Part shown: positions 51,233 through 60,445 of the stretch, in pieces | How positions within the stretch are numbered: the first letter of the stretch is position 1 | How the letters are laid out: each line of letters starts with the position of its first letter | DNA from: Pyrodictiaceae archaeon | Lineage (GTDB): Archaea > Thermoproteota > Thermoprotei_A > Sulfolobales > Pyrodictiaceae | Direction: 5' to 3' | Length of the DNA: 64,000 nucleotides | Assembly (NCBI GenBank): GCA_027036135.1 | Contig: JALVSY010000007.1 | Coordinates: 292,880-356,879 of the forward strand | The notes under the pieces: model-generated | The model's input: the letters and a program-made list of their open reading frames with translations, nothing else | What the model was told of the DNA's origin: nothing | The model's database searches: none | Program-made: the position numbers and the translations under genes

Positions 51233-52657
51233 TTGGCTAGGGACATCGTTGATGAGCTTATCCGTGTACTCGGCAGGGACAAGGTGTACGATGACCCTGC
51301 GATAGTCTCGCTCTACTCGAGGGAGGCAAGCGGGCTTGAGGCAAGCGAGCTCCCCCGTGCTGTAGTGTTCGCTGAGAGTGCCTCCGATGTCTCAGCGCTT
51401 CTTAGGCTAGCGTATCGCTACGAGTTCAAAGTCTTTCCCCAGGGCTCCTCCACTAGTCTCTCGGGCTCCGCTGTCCCCCTTGGTGACGGGGTTATTCTTA
51501 GCCTTGAGCGGATGCGCTCGCTTAGGGAGGTAAGCCTGCTAGACTCCACTGCTGTCGCTGAGCCTGGTCTCAGGATAGATGAGCTTAACCTAGCCCTTGC
51601 CAAGCACGGCTACATGTTCCCCGTGGACCCAGCCAGCTCCTCGGTAGCAACCATAGGCGGGGCAATAAACACCGGAGCCGGGGGTATGCAAGGAGCCAAG
51701 TACGGGACGATGAGAGACTGGGTACTCATGCTCCAAATAGTACTACCCGACGAGAAAGGCACAGTTATGAGGATAGGGTGCCGAACCGTTAAGTGTAGGC
51801 AGGGATATGACCTAGTAAGGCTCATAGTTGGTAGCGAGGGCACCCTCGCAGTAGTAACGGAGGCCACTCTACGAATAACACCGTTGCCCGAGGCCTCACC
51901 CACAATACTAGCGTTCTTCAAGGACCTAGGCGACCTCGTGGAAGCAGTGAAGGAGATCAAGAAGAACGCGTGGCAACCACTCATCATGGAGTTCCTCGAC
52001 GCCGAGACAGTCAAGATAGCAAGGGAATTCGTACAAACCAGTATAGAAGCCAGGGGCCACATGCTACTCGTAACAATGGATACAACCAGGGAATCAAAGA
52101 ACAGAGTAACGAAACAACTAGTAGACTTGATGGAGAGGAACAACGCAGAAAGAATCTATACTGCTGAAAGCCTAGAAGAGGCGGAGAAGAAACAACTACT
52201 AGCCCTTCGCAGAAGCCTCTTCCCAGCACAGGTATGGTACGTCAAGAAACAACTAGGCATGGACAAAAAGGTACACGTACTCATAGAGGACATAGCAGTA
52301 CCTCCAAGCAAGCTACCCGAGGCAGTCAAAGAGCTACGCAGGATAGAGAACCACTACGGCTTCAAAACACTACTAGGAGGCCACATAGGCGACGGAAACC
52401 TGCACCCCGCCATAGGCTACAACCCAGACGACCCCAAGCAAACAAGGAAGGTAGAGGAATGGGTACAGGACGTAATGAAGACAGCAATAAAACTAGGAGG
52501 AACAATAAGCGCCGAACACGGCATAGGCACGCTCAAGAAACAAGGACTAAGAATGGAGCTAGAAGCACTAGGCGCACTAAAAGCCCTAGAAATAATGAAG
52601 ACAATAAAACAAGCATTTGACCCCAAAAACATACTCAACCCAGGCAAGGTGATATAA
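51233..52657 (+). CDS. FAD-linked 2-hydroxyacid dehydrogenase (GlcD/D-lactate dehydrogenase type)
   Basis: PVDPAS, TIGG, KYG, GYDL, GSEGTL, HIGDGNLH, SAEHGIG and DPKNILNPGK motifs. Confidence 0.92.
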   Translation: MARDIVDELIRVLGRDKVYDDPAIVSLYSREASGLEASELPRAVVFAESASDVSALLRLAYRYEFKVFPQGSSTSLSGSAVPLGDGVILSLERMRSLREVSLLDSTAVAEPGLRIDELNLALAKHGYMFPVDPASSSVATIGGAINTGAGGMQGAKYGTMRDWVLMLQIVLPDEKGTVMRIGCRTVKCRQGYDLVRLIVGSEGTLAVVTEATLRITPLPEASPTILAFFKDLGDLVEAVKEIKKNAWQPLIMEFLDAETVKIAREFVQTSIEARGHMLLVTMDTTRESKNRVTKQLVDLMERNNAERIYTAESLEEAEKKQLLALRRSLFPAQVWYVKKQLGMDKKVHVLIEDIAVPPSKLPEAVKELRRIENHYGFKTLLGGHIGDGNLHPAIGYNPDDPKQTRKVEEWVQDVMKTAIKLGGTISAEHGIGTLKKQGLRMELEALGALKALEIMKTIKQAFDPKNILNPGKVI

Positions 52658-52662
52658 CAGCA

Positions 52663-52989
52663 ATGATAACAAGCCACGAGGAAGCACTACGAGAAGCAGA
52701 GAAATGCATGTACTGCGGCTTCTGCGAAGCAGTCTGCCCAACAATAACACATGGACCACACCGGGGCTACGGGCCACGAGGAAGAATACAACTAATAAAA
52801 ACAATACTAACCCAGGAAAACACAAGCAAAGCTGTCATAGACTCAATCTACACATGCACACTCTGCGCAGCATGCATAGAAAAATGCCCAGCAAAAGTAA
52901 ACATAATAGACCTCATAATATACGCAAGAAGTACAATAATATATGAAAATGGCAATAAACTTATCGAAATCATGCACAAGGATGTATAG
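52663..52989 (+). CDS. 4Fe-4S dicluster protein, GlcF N-terminal part (probably truncated)
   Basis: CMYCGFCEAVCP, PRGR and CTLCAACIEKCP motifs; lacks the CCG domains. Confidence 0.75.
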   Translation: MITSHEEALREAEKCMYCGFCEAVCPTITHGPHRGYGPRGRIQLIKTILTQENTSKAVIDSIYTCTLCAACIEKCPAKVNIIDLIIYARSTIIYENGNKLIEIMHKDV

Positions 52990-53219
52990 CACTAAACCTT
53001 ATTATATTAAGATAATATAATATTATATTTTATTAATTATAATTTCTTTCTTAAAAATATTTATAAAATAATTAATAAAATATAAACCAAAATAAGTATA
53101 TAATGTAACTATTTGAATGCTAAATGCTTTCCTGCAACTGTGTCTTAAAGAATTAACCAAGCAAAGCTTAAAAATGTTTATACTAAATATGAAAATGTAA
53201 AGATGGTGATAGAACAACC

Positions 53220-53489
53220 ATGCCATACATAGGTGACTATACAGATCTAAGAAGTCTCATACCTTTTATAGCTGATGAAGTCAGAACATCTTGTTACGCC
53301 ACCATACAGATTTTATATGAAAGTCCAGACTTTATAAGAATTTGCACAGCTCGCAATTGTATAAGGTTATATTGGGAGTGGGGAAGATACGTTTACCTCG
53401 TAGACGAATATAGTGGAAGTAAGACTGATGTAACAAGTTATCCATTATATTATGGAATAAGACATATAGCTGCTCTATTGTGCCGATAA
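53220..53489 (+). CDS. Hypothetical small protein in an AT-rich tract
   Basis: 89-aa ORF preceded by GGTGA RBS. Confidence 0.45.
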   Translation: MPYIGDYTDLRSLIPFIADEVRTSCYATIQILYESPDFIRICTARNCIRLYWEWGRYVYLVDEYSGSKTDVTSYPLYYGIRHIAALLCR

Positions 53490-53696
53490 TTCACTGCCTA
53501 TTCTATATTAGGCACTATAGTTCAACTCTTTATGTTTAGAAGACAAGCTTAATATTAAACTAACTAAACCAATATATTATGATATAGACTTGTTAGTTCT
53601 CGGTTAAAGTTAAAGAGCCAAAACCGGAATATATGAAACAAGAAAACAGAAAGAACTTTAAAACTTATGAGGAATTGCTTTTAAATTACTTCATGA

Positions 53697-53743
53697 TGGC
53701 GGCCCGCGGGGATTTGAACCCCGGACCTCCGGCTCCGAAGGCC
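53697..53743 (-). repeat. att-like direct repeat of the tRNA-Arg 3' portion
   Basis: TGGCGGCCCGCGGGGATTTGAACCCCGGACCTCCGGCTCCGAAGGCC matches 56010-56057 except for one missing G. Confidence 0.93.
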
Positions 53744-53894
53744 CCGAGACTTAAAAGCAAACGTTTCAATGTGAAACATAACTGCTGAAACGAGTATACA
53801 CTACTGACTATCAGTTTGTATTGCATTGTTAGCTCACTGAAATTTTGCCAGAATACTATACTGGGAGCGGGTGGTCTTTGCTTTGACTAGTGTC

Positions 53895-54375
53895 ATGGAA
53901 GTTCCTACTAGCCTTGCTACACTAGCCTCAGTAGTTGTGCTCATTTATCAGATTCATCTTTTGAAGAAGGAAGTGAGAGTTAACACCTACTTTCGACTCA
54001 TAAAGGAGGCGGTCTAGGATTAACCGGGTTTTTATAGAGCATCCTTCCACGTCTAAGCTCCTAGCGGGTGCAGGCTACGTAGAGGATGATGGCGACAAAT
54101 CTATTCGAGCACGATGATCAGCAATAACAATCCTAGACTTCTTTGAAAATCTCTACTATGCGTACCGTAATGGGGTTATACCGGAGAGCCTTTGGGAAAG
54201 CTGGAAAATGCATATTAGCAATATGGTCTGCCAAGTGGAGTTGTTAAGAAGGCGGTGGTGTAAAGCTAGAAGAGCATACTGGAGTGAGTTCAATGAGTTC
54301 CTCGAAAATATATGCGTTAATCTAAAAGAAAATGTTTTTTTTTTTTTTTTTGGAAGTAATAAAAGAGCGTGCTAG
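53895..54375 (+). pseudogene. DUF4760-like membrane-anchored protein pseudogene
   Basis: MEVPTSLATLASVVVLIYQI, then frameshift near 54010, FIEHP, TGA at 54115, ILDFFENLYYAYRNGVIPESLWESW, AYWSEFNEFL. Confidence 0.6.
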
Positions 54376-54401
54376 AAGTACTAAAATCTTAATCAGCTGT
54401 G

Positions 54402-54866
54402 CTATTTTGCTACTACTTTGAATCCTACTTGTCTGCTTTTGTGGTATGTTGCTAATGCGTACCAGGGGCTAGGGCTGGGTGTGGGATGGGGGAGGCTGCG
54501 AGGAGATTGACGATGGCTACCAGTATCGATGGTAGCGCTGAGAGTCACAAAGCTGGGTGGAGCAGCTTCACAAGCTTGAAGACGGGCCTCACGGAGTCTA
54601 GGCGTAGTAGGTCTAGGGTTCACCAGACCCACCTCCTCCGCCCAGCAGGCCCTTAGGATGAATGAGGACTGCCCGTAGATGCCCCGGAACCAGCCCAAAC
54701 CCTCCCAGAACGCTGCTCCACCAGCAGGCCCTTCCGGGGCATTGCTCTCAGTGTATTATCTTACGGTTCCCTTACTGACCCTCCTGCCTGCGAGTAGCTC
54801 GTAGAGTATCTTCACCGTTGAGAATGCTGCCCCCGTGGGGTAGAGTAGCCGACCGGCGCGCTGTGG
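54402..54866 (-). pseudogene. Disrupted ORF remnant, possibly from a transposase
   Basis: LLYPTGAAFSTVKILYELLAGRRVSKGTVR-stop(54756-54758) is in frame with the 98-aa ORF; HTH-like pattern. Confidence 0.3.
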
Positions 54867-55188
54867 CCTCTCTACGAGGCTTACTGGGGAAGCGGTGCCA
54901 GCGCGCCCTTGGAGGAGGCTATTGAGCGGGGCTGTAGACAGGTACAGGAGTGAGGTAGGGAGTAGGGGTAGTGAGCGTAGAGCACGCTACTATGCATAGC
55001 TACTCCTACGCGGGGCTGCGAAGGCTGCGCTTACAGCATCTCTACAAGGATAGCCTCGCCCTCCGATGCTATAGCTGAATTGCACGAGGTTAGGAGAAAG
55101 ATATTTGTGGAGCCCTTCTACACGATCTTTATATGATGAAGACTATGGGAGTCCTATGGAAGTCCTTAGCAGAGGGGTAATAGAGTCT

Positions 55189-55635
55189 TTATGGTATTAC
55201 CTTTAACCATGGTATTCGTTTAAAGTCTTTATCTAGTGTAGCAATAGTTGATACGCCATAGTATCTACACGTAACTACTATCTGTGCATCAGTGGGTAAA
55301 AGCCGGTATTTAGTGATAACATCTCTGAGCTCTTCTACTGATTGATAGTCTTTAATTATCCTTAAATTTAACTCTTCTAAAAGTTTGTGAATTTCTTCTA
55401 AAGGCTCTTCAAACGCTTCCATCCCTCTCTCTATAAAGAATCTCTTGAATTCATGATAGCTAGCAATGCCGTATTTGCGTCTAACATACGCTCTAAACGT
55501 AACGTGAAGCAACTCATTATACACGATCACAGATGTAACCGGTTCCACTAGTAGCTCAACAGCTTTCCTAGCTATTGGTGTAAGCTCTGTCTCGTAGAGA
55601 ATATTGTAGAAGATGTTTGTATCCACAAAGATCAA
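55189..55635 (-). CDS. vapC: VapC toxin (PIN domain)
   Basis: IFVDTNIF, E, LLPTDA and IATLD.DF PIN motifs. Confidence 0.93.
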   Translation of the reverse strand: MIFVDTNIFYNILYETELTPIARKAVELLVEPVTSVIVYNELLHVTFRAYVRRKYGIASYHEFKRFFIERGMEAFEEPLEEIHKLLEELNLRIIKDYQSVEELRDVITKYRLLPTDAQIVVTCRYYGVSTIATLDKDFKRIPWLKVIP

Positions 55636-55823
55636 GAGCTGTATATCTCTTCTTCGTAAGCCTCTAACTCTTCAGCCGAAGCTTTACCCAGTATGCCTAT
55701 AAACCTATCTATGTTGGGCTTCCTCCTTATAATAACGATAACCTCTTCACCATCCCTCAGATCCACGTTTTCCAATAGCTTTAACACACCCCTCTCATAC
55801 CTAGCCCTAACAGTAAGGGACAT
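55632..55823 (-). CDS. vapB: Antitoxin, AF2212/DUF104 family
   Basis: VRARYERGVLKLLENVDLRDGEEV motif; overlaps the vapC start. Confidence 0.88.
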   Translation of the reverse strand: MSLTVRARYERGVLKLLENVDLRDGEEVIVIIRRKPNIDRFIGILGKASAEELEAYEEEIYSS

Positions 55824-56009
55824 CTTCACTCCCAAGATAATCTATCTCAACGTGCCTATTATCAATTATCCTGGAAAGACCGCGCCGAAAAGACGCTTGG
55901 CTCGGGAGAAGTTGAAGACAGGGAATGAGAAAATCTAGCAGAAACGAATTATAGAAATAGTAATGAGGTCATGCTTAGCGATAGTTAGAGTTTATTCACT
56001 AATAGTATG

Positions 56010-56087
56010 TGGCGGGCCCGCGGGGATTTGAACCCCGGACCTCCGGCTCCGAAGGCCGGCGCCCTATCCTGGCTAGGCTACGGGCCC
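56010..56087 (-). tRNA. tRNA-Arg(TCG)
   Basis: GGGCCCG TA GCCT..AGGGC G CCGGC CT-TCG-GA GCCGG..GGTTCAAATCC..CGGGCCC G CCA. Confidence 0.96.
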
Positions 56088-56118
56088 GCCCTCTTCTACG
56101 CGTCCCCTGTGTGGTGTT

Positions 56119-58110
56119 TTACATTCTTTCTAGGGGTTTTATGCCTAGTATTCTTAGCGCGTTTGCTGTTACGGTTTTTACTGCTTGTACTAGTGCTAGT
56201 TTGTAGTTTCTCTTGCCGGGGTCAAGCTCGTTTATGGCGCTGTCTCCGCTTGTGTACCACTTGTTGAACGTGTCTGCTAGCTTGTTTAGGTAGTTTACTA
56301 TGAGTTCTGGTTTGAGCTCGTCTGCTGCCTTGGCAAATATGTATGGGTAGTTGAGTAGTTGTAGGACTAGTTTCCTTCTCAATGGGTTCTCGTTTGCTGC
56401 CGTGTAGTCTATGTTGTCTATGTTTATTTGTAGTCCTCTTTCCCGTGCCTTGGCTAGTATGTTTGCTGCGCGTGCGTGGGTGTAGAGTATGTAGGGGGCG
56501 CTGTTTTGCTCGAAGTTTAGTGCTTCTTCTATATCGAATGTCATTGGCTTGGGGGCCGAGACCGATACTAGGGTGTACCTGATTGCGGCTATTCCTACGG
56601 CTTCTGCTATCTTTTTCTTCTCCTCGGGTGGTAGGTGGGGTGATCTCTTCTCTACTTCTTGACGTGCTCTTGTTATTGCTTGTTCTATTAGCTCGTCGAG
56701 TGCGACGTACTCTCCTCTTCTTCCGCTCATTTTCCTGCCTGGTAGGTTTACCATTTCGTATGCGTAGTGGTGCATGTTTAGTCCTTCCTTTCTATAGCCT
56801 AGGGCTATGAGTGCTAGTCTTACTTGTAGTTGTGGTAGGCGTTGCTCTGCCGCTATCACGTTGTAGACTTTGTCTGCGTTGAAGTCGCTGAACTTCTTTA
56901 TGCTGTAGGCTATGTCCCTTGTGGTGTAGAGTGTTGTTCCGTCGCTTCTCTGTAGTATGAGGGGTGGTACCTCGTAGCCCTCTGGTACTCCTAGGGCTTG
57001 GCGTATGACTGGGTCTTTTAGGAGTGGTTGTAGGTTTAGTGCTAGGGCGCCCTTATAGGTTATCGCGTAGGGCGTTGTCTTTGCCCTCTCTATTATTTTT
57101 CTTACGAGGCTGCTCCATACTAGGTCGCTTTCCCAGTCCCATTGGTCGAAGCCTATGCCTAGTCTCTGTAGTGTTTGTTTGAAGCCTTTTAGGCACTTCT
57201 CTACGATTGTTCTTGTTAGCTTTACTATTTCCTCGTCTTCTCCGAACTCGTAGCTCCGCATTATCTCCTGTATTTCCTTCTCCGGGTCGCGTCCACGGAT
57301 AGCCTCTGCTAGCTTGTCGAAGAGCTCTGGGGCTTTCTCGCGTAGCCGCGAGGCCGCTGCTACTAGCTCGTCGAGCTCCCTTAGCTTCTCGTGGTACTTG
57401 TCCAGGTTGTCTCCCCGTTTCAGCTCCCCCAGCTCTTTTTTTAGCTCCTCTATGTCTGCTAGTGTGTGCGTGAGGGCATAGAGTAGTCCTAGCCAGTGGT
57501 CGGGCTTAGTTCCCTCCGGTATCCTGGGTTCTCCGAGGAGTTTTGCCCCGTAGACTAGTACTGCTACTTGTCTACCCATGTCATCGACATAGAACCTTGT
57601 CTGGACCCTGTGGCCTCTCTCCCTCAGCAGGCGTGCAAGGGTGTCGCCTAGGGCAGCGTTCCTCGCGTGGCCTATGTGGAGGGGGTGGACGGGATTGGCG
57701 CTGGTGTGCTCAACTACTATTCTTAGCGGTGTATCCGTCTTCACGTGGCCATAGTTTTCCCCGTCTCTAATCACGGCAGTGAAGATTGCCCGGGAGGCCT
57801 CAGCAGCGTCTATGACTATGTTCAGGTAACCTCCTACGCGCTTAACGCCAGCTATGTGAGGATACCTCTTCAGCTTCTCGGTGGTCTTCTCAACAAGTAC
57901 TTGTAGGTCTAGGCCGTGCTTCTTCGCAAACCTCGCTATGGGTAATCCGTAGTCTCCTAGCTCGGGGCGCGGCGACTCAGCTACAATGTACTCGATGAGC
58001 TTCTCGTCCTCGCTTACCCCGAGCTCTCTTAGAGCCTCGTGGAGACTAGCACCTAGGACGCGGTACGGTGTTAGGTTGTATACTTGCCAGCTGTGCTCTG
58101 GCTCGGGCAT
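56119..58110 (-). CDS. argS: Arginine--tRNA ligase
   Basis: EHTSANPVHPLHIGHARN, RSDGTTLYTTRD, KMSGRRG, PYILYTHARA motifs and C-terminal ERM. Confidence 0.97.
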   Translation of the reverse strand: MPEPEHSWQVYNLTPYRVLGASLHEALRELGVSEDEKLIEYIVAESPRPELGDYGLPIARFAKKHGLDLQVLVEKTTEKLKRYPHIAGVKRVGGYLNIVIDAAEASRAIFTAVIRDGENYGHVKTDTPLRIVVEHTSANPVHPLHIGHARNAALGDTLARLLRERGHRVQTRFYVDDMGRQVAVLVYGAKLLGEPRIPEGTKPDHWLGLLYALTHTLADIEELKKELGELKRGDNLDKYHEKLRELDELVAAASRLREKAPELFDKLAEAIRGRDPEKEIQEIMRSYEFGEDEEIVKLTRTIVEKCLKGFKQTLQRLGIGFDQWDWESDLVWSSLVRKIIERAKTTPYAITYKGALALNLQPLLKDPVIRQALGVPEGYEVPPLILQRSDGTTLYTTRDIAYSIKKFSDFNADKVYNVIAAEQRLPQLQVRLALIALGYRKEGLNMHHYAYEMVNLPGRKMSGRRGEYVALDELIEQAITRARQEVEKRSPHLPPEEKKKIAEAVGIAAIRYTLVSVSAPKPMTFDIEEALNFEQNSAPYILYTHARAANILAKARERGLQINIDNIDYTAANENPLRRKLVLQLLNYPYIFAKAADELKPELIVNYLNKLADTFNKWYTSGDSAINELDPGKRNYKLALVQAVKTVTANALRILGIKPLERM

Positions 58111-58167
58111 CCCAGGAGCCCCGGGAGGCAGAAGAACAGCCTCTTCTAATTACTATATGTGGGCTGC

Positions 58168-58491
58168 TTAGGCCTTCTCGGACTCCCTGAGAGCCTCTAT
58201 TATCTTTGCCATGACTTCCTCGGCGCTGACTCCGTGTATTCTTAGTCTCTTAGTCCTAGAGCGTGCACCATGTACTATCTCTATGCGTGAGGAGGGTATC
58301 CTTAGTAGCCTTGAGAAGAATCTTACTAGGCTCGCGTTTGCGCGGCCCTCTATAGGCGGCTCATCCGTGTAAAATACTAGCTCGCCTAGCTCCATGCGTA
58401 ACCCAGTGAAGCTTGACTCTGGCTTAACGTAGAGGACTATATCCACGTAATCTGGGCCCTCCTGTATCTGTTTCCTTAGGGCATCCTCCAT
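58168..58491 (-). CDS. DUF167/UPF0235 family protein
   Basis: VKP.S, PPIEGRAN and GARSRTK motifs. Confidence 0.88.
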   Translation of the reverse strand: MEDALRKQIQEGPDYVDIVLYVKPESSFTGLRMELGELVFYTDEPPIEGRANASLVRFFSRLLRIPSSRIEIVHGARSRTKRLRIHGVSAEEVMAKIIEALRESEKA

Positions 58492-58609
58492 GCTTTCTCA
58501 CCCATTGTTCCTCTCGTGCCTTATTCTCGTGGAAGAGTATTAGTTCTTCCTGGGCAAAAAGAGTATTCTAGGACGGAGCCTCTGTGCTTATAGGAGGGGT
58601 GCATAGGGT

Positions 58610-59422
58610 CTGCAAACAAGGTTCTACGAAGTAATCAGCACTAGTACCCCGATTAGTAAAGCTATTCGCTTATTCGTGTCACGTGGGATAAGCCACGCAG
58701 CTGTAGTGGGAGAGGATGGGCTACTTGTTGGCGTTCTCTCTGTGAAGGATATTGGGAGATACGTGGCAGAAGCATTCGAGGACGCGGGAACCCTGGAGCA
58801 AGCGGATATGCTAGCGGTGCTGAACACACCGGTATCAAGGATAGTCTCAAAGCCACCAATAGTTATGCACGAGGATAGTCTCTGTAGGGCAGTGGAGATA
58901 ATGATTACTAGGAATATCGGCTTTGTTCCCCGAGTAGATAGTAGTGGTAGGATCCTCTACGCTTACACAGAGCTTGACACGGGGTTTGAGCTCCTAGACC
59001 TGGATAAGCCTGCCAGGGACTACGCCTCCACTAGCGTTGTCACCGGCGAGGCCGAGGAACCCGTCATAGAGGCTCTGGGATTCATGCTAGAACAAGGTTT
59101 TAGGAGAATACCGTTCCGCCTAGGCTCCGAGTACTATATCGCGACAATGTCGTCACTTCTCAGAGCTATAGTGAAGAGACCGAGAGCGGAGACCCTGCTA
59201 GAGCCCGTTAGGACATATGCTATGCCGGCAGCGATGCTGGGCTACAATGATGCCTCGATAGGAGATGTGGCTGAGATAATCCTAGCCGTAACGGAGAGAG
59301 CTGTACTACTTCTAGACAATGGCGAACTAAGAGCAATAATTACTGAAAGAGACCTAGTGAGAGCGTACGCTGATAACAAGGGATGCAACACGCTAGAAAA
59401 TACCGAAGAAGCCTCAGCCTAG
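58610..59422 (+). CDS. CBS-domain protein (4 CBS domains)
   Basis: Four CBS repeats (GVLSVKDI, YTELD, IATMSSLL, ITERDLV); the first CBS requires a start upstream of 58676, probably CTG at 58610. Confidence 0.82.
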   Translation: MQTRFYEVISTSTPISKAIRLFVSRGISHAAVVGEDGLLVGVLSVKDIGRYVAEAFEDAGTLEQADMLAVLNTPVSRIVSKPPIVMHEDSLCRAVEIMITRNIGFVPRVDSSGRILYAYTELDTGFELLDLDKPARDYASTSVVTGEAEEPVIEALGFMLEQGFRRIPFRLGSEYYIATMSSLLRAIVKRPRAETLLEPVRTYAMPAAMLGYNDASIGDVAEIILAVTERAVLLLDNGELRAIITERDLVRAYADNKGCNTLENTEEASA

Positions 59423-59485
59423 AGCCATACCTAAAAGTTTAGATAATATACGCCACGTAGCAATTTCTCTCGCGGGGGATATGCT

Positions 59486-59722
59486 GTGGAGCAACTTGCT
59501 GAGAGAAGGCCGAGAAAGCTCTTCATAAGAGATGTTGAAAAGATGCGAATCGAGTACGATAAGCAGAGCGACACGCTTTACATACACTTTGCTGAGCCCG
59601 AGGAGGAGGCTGAAGAAGCTATCCTAGTAGGGGATAACATAGTAGTTAGGATTCGGGGCGACGAGGTACTAGGGATAACCGTGATGGAGTTTATGCGCCA
59701 CGTAGAGCAGCAATATCGCTGA
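59486..59722 (+). CDS. DUF2283 family protein
   Basis: IEYDKQSDTLYI..GITV pattern. Confidence 0.8.
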   Translation: MEQLAERRPRKLFIRDVEKMRIEYDKQSDTLYIHFAEPEEEAEEAILVGDNIVVRIRGDEVLGITVMEFMRHVEQQYR

Positions 59723-59751
59723 AATAATAGAGCTAGCCAATAATGCTTGCA

Positions 59752-59820
59752 GCCGATGAAGAACCGTGTTTCATGGAGCCCTCTTAGAGGCTGTGACGAG
59801 GCCGCGGCCGTCTCTGAGGC
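59752..59820 (+). ncRNA. C/D box sRNA; D' guide complementary to 23S rRNA GAAACACGG
   Basis: GCC/GGC stem, C ATGAAGA, guide ACCGTGTTTCA, D' TGGA, hairpin, C' GTGACGA, D CTGA. Confidence 0.75.
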
Positions 59821-59878
59821 AGGCTAATAACTAGGCACAGTTTCTCCGGTAACGATTTGAGAAGATATGAACTTGCTG

Positions 59879-60307
59879 CTAGTCCTCTGTACCGCTTTCT
59901 AATAGGCTACTACGGTCAGCGTAGTGCACTTTGTAAATCCTAGGTTTTAGGTGCTCAACTATGTAGTTGAAGGCACGCCAAGGATCCCCACGTGGACCAC
60001 AAGTATATACATCAACGGTTGCATAGCCATAGTCTGGCCACGTATGTATCGATACATGGCTCTCGAGTACAAGTGCTATGACCGAGACACCGCCATGGTA
60101 GCCCTGGAACTTCCATGTCTTCATATCTACTATATGCATGTCCCCTGCTCTTGCTGCCTCTACGACTAGTTTACGTAGGAAGTCCTCGTCTTCTAGTAGT
60201 TCTCTGCGTACGCCGTATAGGTTACCGTAGACATGCCTACCAATTATGAAGTCCTGGTTCTCGGTACGCGATGTATCCTTATTGATGACTAGCTCTGTCA
60301 TAGCCAC
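59879..60307 (-). CDS. Pyruvoyl-dependent decarboxylase of the AdoMetDC family, probably the crenarchaeal arginine decarboxylase paralog
   Basis: ESH self-cleavage motif, HTWP and DVYTCG; GRHVYGNLY and GGVSVIALV resemble the ArgDC paralog more than AdoMetDC. Confidence 0.85.
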   Translation of the reverse strand: MAMTELVINKDTSRTENQDFIIGRHVYGNLYGVRRELLEDEDFLRKLVVEAARAGDMHIVDMKTWKFQGYHGGVSVIALVLESHVSIHTWPDYGYATVDVYTCGPRGDPWRAFNYIVEHLKPRIYKVHYADRSSLLESGTED

Positions 60308-60445
60308 TATACCTCCATAACGGTCTTCACAAGGGTCTCAGCATTCACTGGAAATTGTTCATCCCCCAGCCGGTTACGAGGGGCCCTTAAGCCGGTTTTT
60401 ATACCTTTAGCTAAAAGAATTATTGCTAATACTTCAACTAAACTA

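Larger units (their letters stand above)
53697..56057. mobile_element. Decayed integrative element at tRNA-Arg(TCG)
   Basis: Bounded by the ~47-bp att repeats; contains vapBC and pseudogenes; no intact integrase. Confidence 0.75.

Noticed and set aside
52234-52946. Overlapping alternative-frame ORFs in glcD/glcF
   Set aside because: Artefact of T-poor composition, which yields few stop codons
54868-55010. LYEAYWGSGA...LEEAIER as a tyrosine-integrase box I remnant
   Set aside because: Requires a frameshift, is short, and no box II residues were found; cannot be supported without a search
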